Below the pieces are notes generated by a model, which was given only the letters and a program-made list of their open reading frames with translations, was not told the DNA's origin and ran no database searches. Both the position numbers and the translations under genes were made by a program. From Psilocybe cubensis (lineage: Eukaryota): a DNA stretch of 64,000 nucleotides. Positions 48,173 through 60,833 of the stretch are shown here, one piece after another. Each line of letters starts with the position of its first letter. Within the stretch, counting starts at the first letter, position 1. The DNA lies in contig CM039005.1 in assembly GCA_017499595.2 (NCBI GenBank), positions 930,001 to 994,000 on the forward strand, written 5' to 3'.

Positions 48173-51100
48173 TTACCTTACATTACATCGCATCATACAA
48201 CAAACTACAAACTACACACAACACACAACACCCATCCCCATCCCCATGCTGATTCTTCACCGTCTGTTCCAGTCGCGCCTGAACCTGAGTATAACTACAA
48301 GCACAAGCACAAGGTACTCAGTAATCTAATCAACTGACATACGGGTCCAGGATAGCGGGTTGGCCGCTATCACGCGTAATCCTTCTTCTGCTCCTACTCC
48401 AGATCCTCCTCCTCCCCGAATCCGAGGAGTCGGAGACTCGGAGACTCGGAGAGTTGGAATGGCTGGAACCTGGGAAGGGGCGAAAGAGTGGGCAAGGGAA
48501 ACGGGAAAGGGAAACGGGAAACGGGAAACGGGAACTGCAAGGGAAAAGGGAACTGCAAGTGAGAAAGGATACATGGACATGCTGGCATCAATATAACTGT
48601 TTACGCATTCAACTTCAACTTCATCGTCATCTTTATGCATGTACTTACGCACCTACGCATGAACGCATGCACGGAAGCGTGTATTCATGTACGCAAGCGT
48701 GTCATTCGCTGTTGAACGTCGAACGGTTGAACGGTTGAACGGTGATCATTTGGAGTCATTTGGAATCATTTCATTTCACTTCATAAGCAAGCAAGTAACT
48801 AATTAACCCGAGAAGGTGGAAGGTGAAAGGTGGATGCGTGGGTGTGTGGGTGCGTGGATGAGTGCGTGCCGCCGCCCGGCCGACCGACGCGCTTCAACTC
48901 CAGAGGTCTTTGTGTTCACCAAGCATCCAATATCGAATGTTTATTATAATACCTATTTCCCACCCACTGAAGTACCTAATTCACCCTCTAGTCTAGTCTA
49001 TCCGGAGAAACTACCCACTGGCGGGCCAAGTATTGCAACGTCCAACATCCAACACGACGACGCAAAAGCGAAAGCGAAAGCGAAACGACGAGGGGGCGGC
49101 GGCGGCGGTTCCAAGTTCCAAATAGTTCCAAGTTACCCAAAGTTGCCTAAAGTTATCACTGGCGCGCTATGCGCTTGATTCTCGAAGCGTGAGATTACTA
49201 CTACATAGTAGCGCCCAACCTGCCAGCAAGATGAAACTTGAAGTTTCAAGCTTCGAGTACAGCCCCCGTGTGAAGAGACAGTCAAATTTCACAGAGCGTA
49301 TACGCATGCGAGCGCGGGCGCGGGATTACAATGCTTAGATTCGGGACTGGAGCAGGAATTCTCTCCTTTTCGTCTTGCTTCCCCCTCTCGTCCCGCTACA
49401 TACCATCAACATCCGAGTCAACAGCACCGCTTTTTAGTGTATATTTTGAAATTTTCTCATTCATAATTCGTGATTACACCCCGAAAAACGCAAAAGCACA
49501 GGCTAGCACAAACAACTTGAAAAATGAAAAATACATCACTCGTTCCTTCCTGCCGGGCGCCAAGTCTCCCAAAATTGCCAAATAAACTACAGCCTGAAAT
49601 AACAAAAAACCATCCAAAATCAAATTTGAACCTCGAAAGGAAATACATAGATGCATAATTAATTATGCCAGCCAACCAGCGTCGAAGCTCGAGCGCGTCG
49701 GGTCGGAGTCGGAGGTTAGATATATCATATGTATAATGTATTGAATTTGGATTTATCATTTGTGAAGGGGGGTCCTACCTGGTCCTACGTGCGGGACCAA
49801 TGGCAGCTGGCGCTGAAGGCCAAGTACACAGTTGGCTGTGCGCCATCCCGCCCTTGCGCCTCCAAGCTCCCGGCGAGGGAACGCGCACAATTTGAATTAC
49901 ATGCGAGTGTAAATATTTTGGCGATTTTGAGGCTCGAGCGCACCGCCATCGTGATGCGCTATGTCAATTCATGCGAATAAGTGGATAAGTATGGCGCCTT
50001 AGCGCCCCCCTTAACTGTGGTGCCTTGGTTCGCTGGCGCCCACAACGCGTTTACGTGTCGGGTTGTCGTGTAATCGAGCAATTAAGTCCTAACGGACATA
50101 GCGACAGACTTTGGTTAACTGAATTCATTTACAATTTATATTGAAGAATCCATGCATTGACGAAACCCCAGGGCCAGGGCACCTCAATACTGAATTGTAT
50201 CGCGTCCTGACGCTCCACAGGCCATGCGCGCGCGATCGTTGTTCAAATTCAATGGATTATTGAATGGCGGGGCTGTACATGTAGTAACCAGCCCCTAGCC
50301 CAACTTCCGAGTCCGCGAGTCCGACCCGCGTCCCGTTGACTGTTCCTCGATCGATCTATATTTAGATTCTGGTGATCGAGACTCGAGAGTGTTATGGTAA
50401 GCTCAAGCTGGACTTGACTGGAAAGATTATGACGCCTACACAGTTCTAGAGTAAGACTTGAAGCATTTTAAAATTCAAGAGACTGAGTATGCGCAAAAAC
50501 ACGTGTTTGGTTGGAATCCGAGTAGAAGCATGCACGCGCACGCAGATTCTCAGCCTGCACCTGCACCTCAACCTTAACTATGAGCGACTAATATCTATGG
50601 TCGCTGATAAGATTTACACTAACGTTTAAAGCCGCCTCGCGCTAGTGGTCGCGGTCGTCCCGCACTCGAGAGAAGCGGTCTGCGGAGGCGACTTGCAAAG
50701 CGATCACTAATATTTTCCGAATCGGGAAGCCGCAGAGGGATTTAAAGTACGAGCGTCTGTGCATCGCGAGCCCGCACAGGATGGTCTAGAAGTGGTAGTG
50801 GATACATTTTATAGGCTAGAAATGTACTCACTTTGCGGTGAAGAACTTAGAAGGCTACCGGTTTATCTTGTTAATTAGCTCTGGCATTGACGTGATGGGC
50901 GATTGCGGGCGATTTTCGGTGGTTCGTGGCTTCGTCGCATCTCATGGAAGTGGTACGTTTGTATCAGAGTGATGCAAAATCAACCTCGACATCTTGTCTC
51001 TGTAATGACTCAGCAACAACAGTGCGACCTACCCGATGAACAAGTGAAAGGAAATGCAAAGGTGCGAATAATCGCAACCACCCTTGTTGTAAGTTGGAAG

Positions 51101-53166
51101 CATTGTCTAATCATTACACAAATTGAAGCCCTGATTCACCCGCTCTCCCTCCCCGCTCTTCAAAACCTTCGGCAATCATCCAATTGCGACATCACGTCAG
51201 GGCTCTTCGTTCCGGATGGCGAACAAACGACCTACGGTGTCTCTCGCGATCGCAATCTTGCAAGAAACCCCCCCACCGGGCCTCCAAACTCCCACGCGTG
51301 ACCCACGTCGCAAAAGATGCCTTTTTTGAACGACCTTCAATTATTGGCACGGAGAAAATCTCTTGGCAAGACGCCACACAGGGTTCTCGTCGTGACACTC
51401 GCTTCGACCTTCACGAATGGGTACGAATCATACTGTATCGAAGAAGACGCGTCCAGGACTTCGGCTTCGGCGTCACGATCGAGTGCTTCTAGCGTCTCTC
51501 TGGACATAAAACCCTACACCGTGGCATGTAAGAACAAAGGGCCATCAGAACATAACATACCGGCGTCGCTATCCGCTGCTTGGAGTGCGCGGAGTCGAGT
51601 CGAAAGGGAGGAGGGGGGATGATATGATAGCTCACACGCACTGTCAGCAAAGGTGTTTCGCTCTCAGACTAAAGCCCAGCGGCGCTGCTACGCGGTGCGC
51701 AGAGTCAATGCGTTGTCCCTGCCTCGTTCCCGCTGTGGGGAGAGGATATGGAGAAATTGTGGGTATTTCTGTGCGCCCTTGTTGGCTGGTTGAATAGACG
51801 ACACTTTTGCGACCGCTCTATCTGCACGGGTAATTTGATATCCTTTCGATGAAGAGGGAGTGTGTGTTGAATTAAATATCGAGAGTTGTACAGTATTCTA
51901 TCTGCTACTTCCAGTCGGGTTGTTTGATATTCTCCACTTTGTCCTTTTACAACTTGGCTTCGCAGACAAGAGGAAAAATAGTCCTAATTTCAACGATTTT
52001 CCGTTCCGGGCATGTGAGGAGCTCAGAGCGGGTTTCTTCCTGAAAATGGGAAACTTTGTTTCAATGTAGTTTATGCAATCATCAGCTCCCCTCACGAAAC
52101 GGATCTTTCGAAGTGGTTTTGTTCATCAAATCTGAAGAACTTGGGCATATATTCAACAGAATGTTTCAATGACCGTGTTTTCTCAATGTTCAAACTGGTG
52201 AATCAAATGTCGCAATTCTTTCTAAAAATTTAACCAGACTGCATCAGAGTATAATCTCAATTAGGTGAGCAATCGGACTTCTCATTCGCCTAGAGGAGGG
52301 GTGATATGTTATGTCAAATGCCATTTGCAGAAAAAAGAAGAATGGTTACAAATGAAACAGCCGGTTGACGAAAAGAAATGAAAGTGAGAATAAATCATCA
52401 AACGCGATGTAACTTCTTCCCCAGAGTTCTACATACGTACCCACAGTGACAACAATTGATCAGGGGCGGCGTGGAGTAGAGCGAGTGCACTTCGTGTCGA
52501 CAATTAAGCCATTGCTGGGATCATAATTATACCAATGCACTGCATTGTGGCGGCCTTCAGCTCACTGTCACTGACTTGCAGCCGAGTCTGCGCAGCAGGC
52601 CTTGTGCTTCGAGCGTCATGTGGATATTCGAGCAGGCCAATGTACCCATGTCAAGGAACATATGACGTTGGGCGTCAACGGGTCCGAGGCACGTAAAGCC
52701 AGTTTGATCACGGGTGCAAGAGACCGCATCGGCGCTTAATTGTATGACTGTCGGCATGTCGTACCGATGTGCATAGCAACTGTCTTGGTATTTGTACTTG
52801 CAGTACTTCACGTCTTGGACATTTTTCTCACGGGTAGGCAAGGATCTATTTGGTAGGATATTGGGGCACACACCGGCCATTTTTTCCGCATTTTTGGCAG
52901 CTTTCATGCAACTCCTCAGTTTAAAAATATAAAGTAAGGATGTTGAACGCATCTATTCAACCTCCCAGCTCTGCATTAAAAAGTATCTCCATGAGTCGGC
53001 AGTCATGATCCCCAGAGTATGATAAAAAGGTAATTGATTTGTGGTTTCCACTTTGAGTTCACGTACATGTGTATCACGATTCGAGTAACAAAGACAGTTT
53101 AACGGTTTGACTGAAGCGAGCTTGAGGAATATACCACTCATTGATACCTAATTTTCAGCCAGTGTG

Positions 53167-54313
53167 CTAAACAAGGATGCCTCCACCCTCCACGTAGATA
53201 ATTTGCCCTGTGATAAACCCGCATCTGGTTTAACAAAAGATCGTCAGCGCAGCTAAGGTTTGTATAGACGCGGTGATCTCTTACTTCATCAAGAAGAGGT
53301 ATGCCTCTGCAATCTAAATTCACGATTTCAAACATGAGTTTCGTTAAAATACGGTTGACTGTAGTATGACTCCACACCTCTTCAGGTTTCCCAATCCGCC
53401 CGAGAAGCGTTTTCTTATCAAAGGTTGCAAATACTTCCTGTTTCTTTTCCCCGAACATGGCATCGAAGAGCTGTTGAACATACCCGCCAAAGCAAAAGAA
53501 ATCGTTAGTTCACGCCTAGAAAATGGCGAACTTATGATTTAGAGCGCACCTCGGTGTCAATCTAGTGACGTCATCAATGCATCGCGATAAGATAACGATT
53601 CCGTCAGATTATAATCCCTGTATTTTGAGGGGCTCTTTGCCGCCACTCACCAGACCTGGATTGACGAGATTGACCCGAACGGGAGCCAAATCGACGGCCA
53701 ACCCCCTAGTAAGTCCATCTAACGATGAAAGCATGCCTGATCCAAGGTGTGCGCCTTTCCACGGTTTCCAAGCCGCCATTCCTGTCGAAGAACGAGGACT
53801 TCAGTAATATGGAAAAGGAGACATTAATAATCTCACCCGACGTGAGCGTCAAAGATCCTCCTGGGTTGAACTTAGCATGCTTCGCAAGTACGAAGGGTCC
53901 CCAGAATCTAATTTCAAATGTAGCTGCCGCGACATCGTTAACCATCAAAATATATGGATAGGTCGGCCAGTAACCAACGCACCTTGACCTTTCTCAACGG
54001 TGTCTATCGTCGAATCAAACAACGACTTCCCAGGGTTGTCTCCACTGGACCATACGATGTGGTCCACAGCACCCAAACCGATGGTGAACTGCTTTACGGA
54101 CTCAGAGTCCCTAGCATTGACAACTTCACCTTTGACCTCCCCCGGTAGGTTATGAGCCTTGAGTCTCTGAATACCCCTGTCCACCTTCTCCTGAGAACTG
54201 GAGGCGATGATGACTGTCTTCGCCTGGGACTGCAAGGACGCGAGGGCAACCGCGAAGCCAATTCCAGATGTACCGCCCACCACCACAACCGTTTTACCTT
54301 GAAGGGTTGCCAT
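53167..54313 (-). CDS. Short-chain dehydrogenase/reductase, atypical, paralog 2
   Basis: MATLQGKTVVVVGGTSGIG. Same exon layout as 16930-18029, including the IDTE micro-exon. Ends CGFITGQIIYVEGGGILV*. Confidence 0.9.
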
Positions 54314-54854
54314 AAACCTTATGTTTAGTCTGAGCTGCTATCCACGCGATGAAGAGACAATGGGAATTTATCCTGGATGAAACTGATTCTCAGCCTTATA
54401 TCTGGACGCAGCTGAGCTATTTCTACCGAATCAAATATAATCACCTGGAATTATCCACGGTCCCCATTTTTGTGGCATTGCTTTGTCAGAATAGTCTGCT
54501 CAATCCCATAACCACTGAAAATAATCACACTCGGAAAAATTAGTAGACAGACAAGCAGATGAACATTGTGCTCACGATTTGCGAATAGAACGGCTCGGGG
54601 AGCTGATCGCCTTTTGCAACGACGCTAAAAATGCTCTCAATTTTGTTCATTGGAACTCTTAGTCATCCCAACAAAGCAGAGCTTTTTGTGGATTCTAAGT
54701 ACGTTCTGGTAGTTTCGAATATTTTCTGAAGGCGATTATTACCACTATTCTCTATAACCAACCTGATACTGTTACGATTACGCTTTATTAGCTGGAATCC
54801 CCTCATAGAATAGGGCACGCCGTCCGATAACGCCAATGCGGAGGCAGTTGCGTC

Positions 54855-56043
54855 GACGAGGTTGAATTCGAGTATGCCCCGCTTGGAGTCCCTCGTTAGT
54901 TCTTCCCATTCTCAATTGGCCCAATTCTGGAACGAGCTCAGTGGGTATGTCGCAGGTCGAGTTGCATACCCAGGATGCTCTGGTGGTAACGATGACGAAT
55001 ACACGTACGAGTGTGATTGCTGTGCTGCCGCCGCGTGTGGTGGTTGCTTCTTCTTCGCCTGTGTCTCCTTCTGCGGAGGCTACTTTGTCTGAGTATACTA
55101 CTGCGACTACTGCGACTGCGACTGCGACGATGTCTACAGCAATATCGACAGCACTAGTCTAAGCCCCCTCCGCAACAGCGCGCACGCCGTCCGTCGAAAT
55201 GCTCGAAGCGAGGCTGTTGAGCGCCGGGAACGACGCGGGCGTGGGGAGCGCGTGGGTCACGAAGGATACGGGGCCTCCTCCCTCTACCGCTGTAGGTCCT
55301 GGTGTGGGTGTGGGTGATGAAAGTGAGAAGAGCACCGCATCGTCATCATCGTCGCCGGCTATCGCGATTCGCGGTCCTTGTAACTATCATATCCGGGCCG
55401 TCGCACTCCGGTGCACGCGCTGTCGACGAGTCATCGGGCGCTAATCCATCCCCTTCTCCATCCCCATCGCAAGACCTGAACTCGCCCTTAGTACCCAATG
55501 ATACGACATCTCCATCGAGCAGCTCGTTATTATTCTCTCGGTTGAGTGTGACAATCAGCAAGGCGATGCAGGGTTTGAATGCGGGGCTGAACGCGGTGAG
55601 CAATGTGACGGCGACGGCGTTGAGGCCGCCTGTGCTGGTGCATGAGCAGACAAAGGTTGGGATGGGGACGATTATTCTTAGTCTCAAGGGGAAAGGTAAG
55701 GAGAAAGATAAAGAGGTGGACGTGAGGGTTGAGAGCGAGAGTGAAGCTGAAGGTGCAGGCGCAGGGAAGCGGGAGAGGGGAATGGAGCCGGATAGGAGAG
55801 GGAGCGGGAGAAGGAGAGGGAGAAGTAGAGGGTGGGTGAGGTGTATATAAATGTGGCGTGTAAGAGCAAGAGCGAAGTCGAAGTCAAAGGTGCAAGGAAG
55901 CGGGAGAGGGAGAGGAAGAGAGAAGGGATAGTTTAAAAGTTGGTATGCTGGTTGGGAGCGCGTTGAGGCGCGTGCAGACTAACTACTACTACTACCAGGG
56001 AGTTGGGACTATTCATGCCATTCTATTACTTCAAGCTCTATGC
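54855..56043 (+). pseudogene. Frameshifted inverted copy of the 3' tail and 3' UTR of the 32731-37297 gene
   Basis: RLLSAGNDAGVGSAWV, SGARAVD, GLNAGLN and RRDSLKVGMLVGSALRRVQ appear in shifting frames. They are followed by CATGCCATTCTATTACTTCAAG, which matches the parent's downstream region (~32443-32470). Confidence 0.8.
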
Positions 56044-56224
56044 ATATGACTTGAATCCAGCCTCAAAGAGAAACTGTGCCACCATGATCCATGACGATGT
56101 GACCAAAATTTATTTGAGTATTGAGGTAAGAAGGCAGAATTGGTCATATAGATAAAGACAGAATAAATCAACAGATAGACATTGAGGCTATGGGAATTGA
56201 GGACTTGCACATGCCATACAAAGT

Positions 56225-57130
56225 GGTGTCCTACCATACAAGCTGAATTCCAGACGTCTACAGAGAATTCGGAAATGGCACCCATTGACAACCTCACAAA
56301 AACGATCCTAGAGATACTCGTATTGCTATCGCCAAGGTGGAGGAGCTTGGATCTCATTTGATCCGATGGCAGGCACTACGAGCTTGAAAAGATGTTATCA
56401 ACACATATACCCTGCCACTTTTTCGAAGATTGAGAACTTCTCTCTTCTATGAGTTGCCAATTGGGGACTTGCCGGTTCGGGACCTTTTCCACCGACAAGT
56501 CTATCGCGCGCGCCTAAATGAAAATACGTTTCCCTTGACTACTGTAAGGCTACAGACCTGCTGGAATTGGTCAATCATATACCCAATCTGCTTACAGTGT
56601 GGAACATGGGAATCACTCACGTATCGTTATTGATGTGTGGATTTAAGTCTGTTATTGCTTTGTTTCAGAAGTCACCCAGGCATATACGATGTAACTTACT
56701 ATTGGGATCTGATGATTCGGAACCTGGCTACAATTTTGAATGCCAGAAAGCATAAATTTTCTTCACCTTTCTTCACTGTGGATCAACGTCGCCAATCGGT
56801 GGTCACCGCAATCCACACAACTTTATACCGGCTGTGTTTGATGCTATCCTTGAAGCTCCAAAGTTACAAAGCTTCGGATGCTATAACACCAGCGGGTCCC
56901 AATCACCTTGACAAATCTCAAAAGCAGCAGAAGCTGTCGAATATACTCGATATTCTGTAAGCACAGCTCAGGCTCACCCGCCTTGCTCTTATATCCAAAT
57001 ATGGTGTACCCTAGTACATGGAACTTGCCTTATCGGAAATAAATATTACATTCGACTTAGAGACCCTGGTGATTCAACGCGGTGTTGATGGAGAGCTGAA
57101 TCCAGTTGATCCGACCTCCGTTTAGCCTCC
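56225..57130 (+). pseudogene. F-box-like pseudogene, closest to the 23565-25367 gene
   Basis: IDNLTKTILEILVLLSPRWRSLDLI*SDGRHYELEKMLSTH (TGA at 56359), WNMGITHVSL and FDLETLVIQRGVDGELNP. Contains frameshifts and lacks the N-terminal F-box part. Confidence 0.82.
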
Positions 57131-57686
57131 AGCACCCACAGGAGTGAAATGGGGAGGCGTCTGCTCGTTTCAACGCTCACAGTGGCTGGAATGGCTCGCA
57201 GACGGGGTGTGAGAGGTGTGTGGCTGCCGGATCATTTTTAACCCAATAAAAATAGGTATGCAGAAGACAGACAGGAGACCAGTACTACATACGGGGAGTC
57301 CCAACGCCAAAAATTTGCGATTGAAAATTCAGATTAGACCTGAGCTTGCCCACCAACCATACACGGTCGACAACGTGGGTATACCGGCGCACCCAGACGT
57401 CTCAAGTAACAATGGCAAACAACGCGTAGAAGGAACTTCCGACGTTCGCGTGCTTCTCAAGACCAAGCATCCTGTCTTACACGACGTATGCAGTGTTACA
57501 GAACGGCGGGAATTAATCTTCCCCAAGTATCTCATCCACGGCGGTCATGTAGGTGACCACTGGCAGACCTTGAACCATATGGTGGCTCAGATGACCATAG
57601 AATTATTCTCATCTGCCACAGAAAAAATATTTATTAGCCCTCAGGAGAGCTACATGTACTACTCAACGACCCCAGCCTATTCAAGA

Positions 57687-58374
57687 ATGCAATACATCCT
57701 TTCTATCGTCGCCGCTCTATTTTTCAGCAATAGCTTCGTGACGGGAGTCCCTATACAAACCGGGTCTATCCAGGTTTGACCATCTCAATCCCTGTTTGAA
57801 ACCACCCACTAATCCATCTCCTTCAACCCAGTCCGATGCTGCCCAAACGTGCGCAGATCCTAGCCTCGCGGGCCTATACGCCTCCTTTTACAGCCCAACA
57901 AGAATTGCGCACGTCGTTCGTCTTGCGACCGACATGATTGCCTTTGACACCTCTGTCGGCACCACCGACAACTACGAGCTTCAAAACCCATTGTTCTTTG
58001 CCTGGCCCACTGCGCAGGAATTTACTGTGCCCGTGCACCAGCTTGAGAGCACGGACGGGCAGGACTTTATGTTTGTGCCCGAGGTCAATGGGACGGTCCC
58101 GAACATCGCTGGGTGGCGCACCCAGGGGAGCACGGTACATGCGTATGCGACGCAGGTCTGTGGAAGTGTTCCTCTGTTTACAGCGTTTAATGCGGCTGGG
58201 AGCGACCATTGGTGGACAACAAATGAGGATGATCATGCGAGGATGATCGCTAACAGTGGATGGGTGGATGCAGGGATACCATTTTACGTTTTACCGTTGG
58301 GTTTGTGCATGTTCTATTTCTTTTAATCTTTTACATTGATCTGACATAGGTGTCTTCTAGATTATGATTCCTGA
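57687..58374 (+). CDS. Small secreted protein, DUF5648-like, copy 1 (3 exons)
   Basis: Signal peptide MQYILSIVAALFFSNSFVTG, then QTCADPS...YATQVCGSVPLF...DHWWTTN...GWVDAGIPFYVLP. Confidence 0.78.
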
Positions 58375-59489
58375 ATGTCGAATCTAGGCACGGTTTGCAT
58401 TGCGTACCTAACGATGGGGTGTCTATTGGCTTAGTATATTTAGTTTCAATGACCAAAAGTTAAAGTTTCAAGCTTCAAGCTTTAAGATCTAGTATCCGTT
58501 GACATGATGCGTAAGGACACTGAACGTGACGGCAGAATTTCGTGATAAATGTCTTCTTCGTTAGAATAAGGCAAAAACTGACCAGAAGCTCAGACTTTCT
58601 TTCACCCGCCCGTTGCTCCAAGTAATAGATAGTGGCCTTGAAGCTTGACGATTTATTTGTCTATTTGGTATTCAATATTCAATATTCAGTGTTCAAAGTG
58701 CACGGTGCACTCCTCTTCCAGCTCAACTTCTTTTAAATACTAAGCACTCCACCCCTGGTGATTTGACGTGAGGATGACGGGGAGTTGGTTCCATCTACCT
58801 CAACCTCTATGCCGCTTCTTCCGTGTCTTGAGGTATTCGAGCTTCACAGGGCCATTGTAACTACAACGGTGCAGAGGTAGCAGACATTCAGATATACGCC
58901 CACTTCCGCTACGTGTTGTTTTGGAGTACACTCTCTGTTTTGGCCTAGAGCCACAGTAGCACACGTCACCGTAACTTGCCACGCTGTGCGTTCATTCGTG
59001 TTGCGCCACTTGTGCGCATCCGCTTTATCTATTCTCTCACCGACGAGCAAAGTAGACTGTGCAAGGCCTTGAAGACAGCTTTTGAAATATGGGTAAGTTG
59101 TAATGATAAGTCGCTGTACCGGCACGAAAGTGGCAGTGGCACAAAGCGGATATAAGCGCCACACCAACCTAAACCAACGTGGATCCGCTGAAGAGGTCGA
59201 CCTCGACTCTACTCTCGAGAGTTCGAGTGAGTATCGCTTGGACTAACCTGCTAATTCTTCCCACTCCCATTCCGACCCGTACTCGCATTTGCAGTCCAAC
59301 AACACCTGAGTCCTCTGAGTTTGTGTCCGGGACCAATTCCGGGCGAGCTCGGCGGGTGCGTCGCAGGTTGAGCTACAGCTGCATAAGGATGCACCATGAC
59401 AAGTGCGCGCCCGAGCGTAAATCCGCCGCGCGTCATGGTTGTTTCTGCGTCTGCGTCTGCGCTTCTGGGTCTGTGATCATGTGTGCGTA

Positions 59490-60833
59490 CTCGGGCTACT
59501 TACCCTGCCGCGAAGCCAGCGCTCGAGCACGAGCACAAGTGCTAGCGCGAGTACGAGCGCGTGTTCAGAGTCCGGGTCGGATTAGGATTCGGGTTCGAGT
59601 TCGAGTCAGGGACATGGAGGTCATGAGCTGTCCCCGGATGTGGGCGGGGAGGGGGAGAAGGAGGGCCTGACGAGGTCGAATTCGAGTGTTTCGCGCTTGG
59701 ACTCGCCCGTTGATTCTTCGCATTCGCATCTGAATACGCAGTCGCAGTCCTATGGGCAGTCCAATAACGCTTCCTCTACGACCGGGACCGGGTCTGGATC
59801 TGGATCTAATTCCGGAGCGAGCTCGGCGGGCGTGTCTCAGGTTGAGCTGGAGCGGGTGATGGTGACGATGACGAGTGCGCGCGCGAGTGTGATTGCTGTG
59901 CCGCCCCGCGTTGTGGTTGTTTTCTCTTCTCCTTCTCCGGATACGTCTACCACTGCGGAGGCGTCTACCACTGTGACAGCGACACCGACATCGCTAGTCC
60001 GAACTCCCTCCGCAGCAGCGCGCACGCCGTCCGTCGAAGCGCTCGAAAAGAGGCTGTTGAGCGCCGGGAACGATGCGGGTGTAGGGAGCGCGTTGGTTGC
60101 GAATGTTACGGGGCCTCCTTCGTCTGCCGGTGTAGGTCCTGGTTCTCGTGTTGGTATTGGTGCTGGTGTGGGTGTGGGTGATGAGAGTGAGAAGAACACC
60201 GCGTCGTCGTCGTTGTCGCCGGGTATCAAGGTCCCGTTGCCGTCGACTATTATATCCGGGCCGTCAGACTCCGGTGCACGCGCTGCCACTGTCGACTCGT
60301 CGGGCGCTAATCCATCCCTATCCCCATCTCAAACCCAAAACCAAAACCAAGACCCGAACTCACTCACAGTCCCAACTGACACGACCACACCCTCGCGCAG
60401 CTCGTCGTTGCGCTCGCGGTTGAGTGTGAAGATTGGGAAGGCGAGGATGGGGTTGAATGCGGGGTTGAATACGGTTACTAGTGTTACGGCGACGGTGGTG
60501 AGGCCGGCTGGGTTGGTGCGTGAGCAGACGAAGGTCGGAATGGGGATGGGGATGGTTGTGCTTGGACGTAAGGGGAACGCTAAGGGGAAGGGGAAGGGGA
60601 AAGAGGTGGATGGGGGTGAGAGTGAAGTTGAAGTCGAAGTCGAAGGTGCAGAGAAGCGGGAGACGGTGAAGGTGAAGGTGAAGGAGACGGAGAGAGTGAA
60701 GGAGATGGAGAGGGAGAGAGTGGGTAGAAGGGACAGTTTGAAAGCTGGTGTGTTGGTTGGGAGCGCGTTGAGGCGCGTGCAGGCTGTCGGTGGAGGAGGC
60801 GGTGTGGGAAAGAAGGAGGCGGCGGTGGTGTGA
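59490..60833 (+). pseudogene. 5'-truncated inverted copy of the last ~450 codons of the 32731-37297 gene; frame open after one TAG
   Basis: LGLLTLPRSQRSSTSTS..., TAG at 59583-59585, then an open frame ending ...KKEAAVV* (parent ends ...KKDAAAVV*). Confidence 0.75.

Noticed and set aside
49766-50010. Possible MITE bounded by GGGGGG...CCCCCC with TGAA/TTAA flanks
   Set aside because: The inverted match is essentially six G/C bases and the flanks differ. Too weak.
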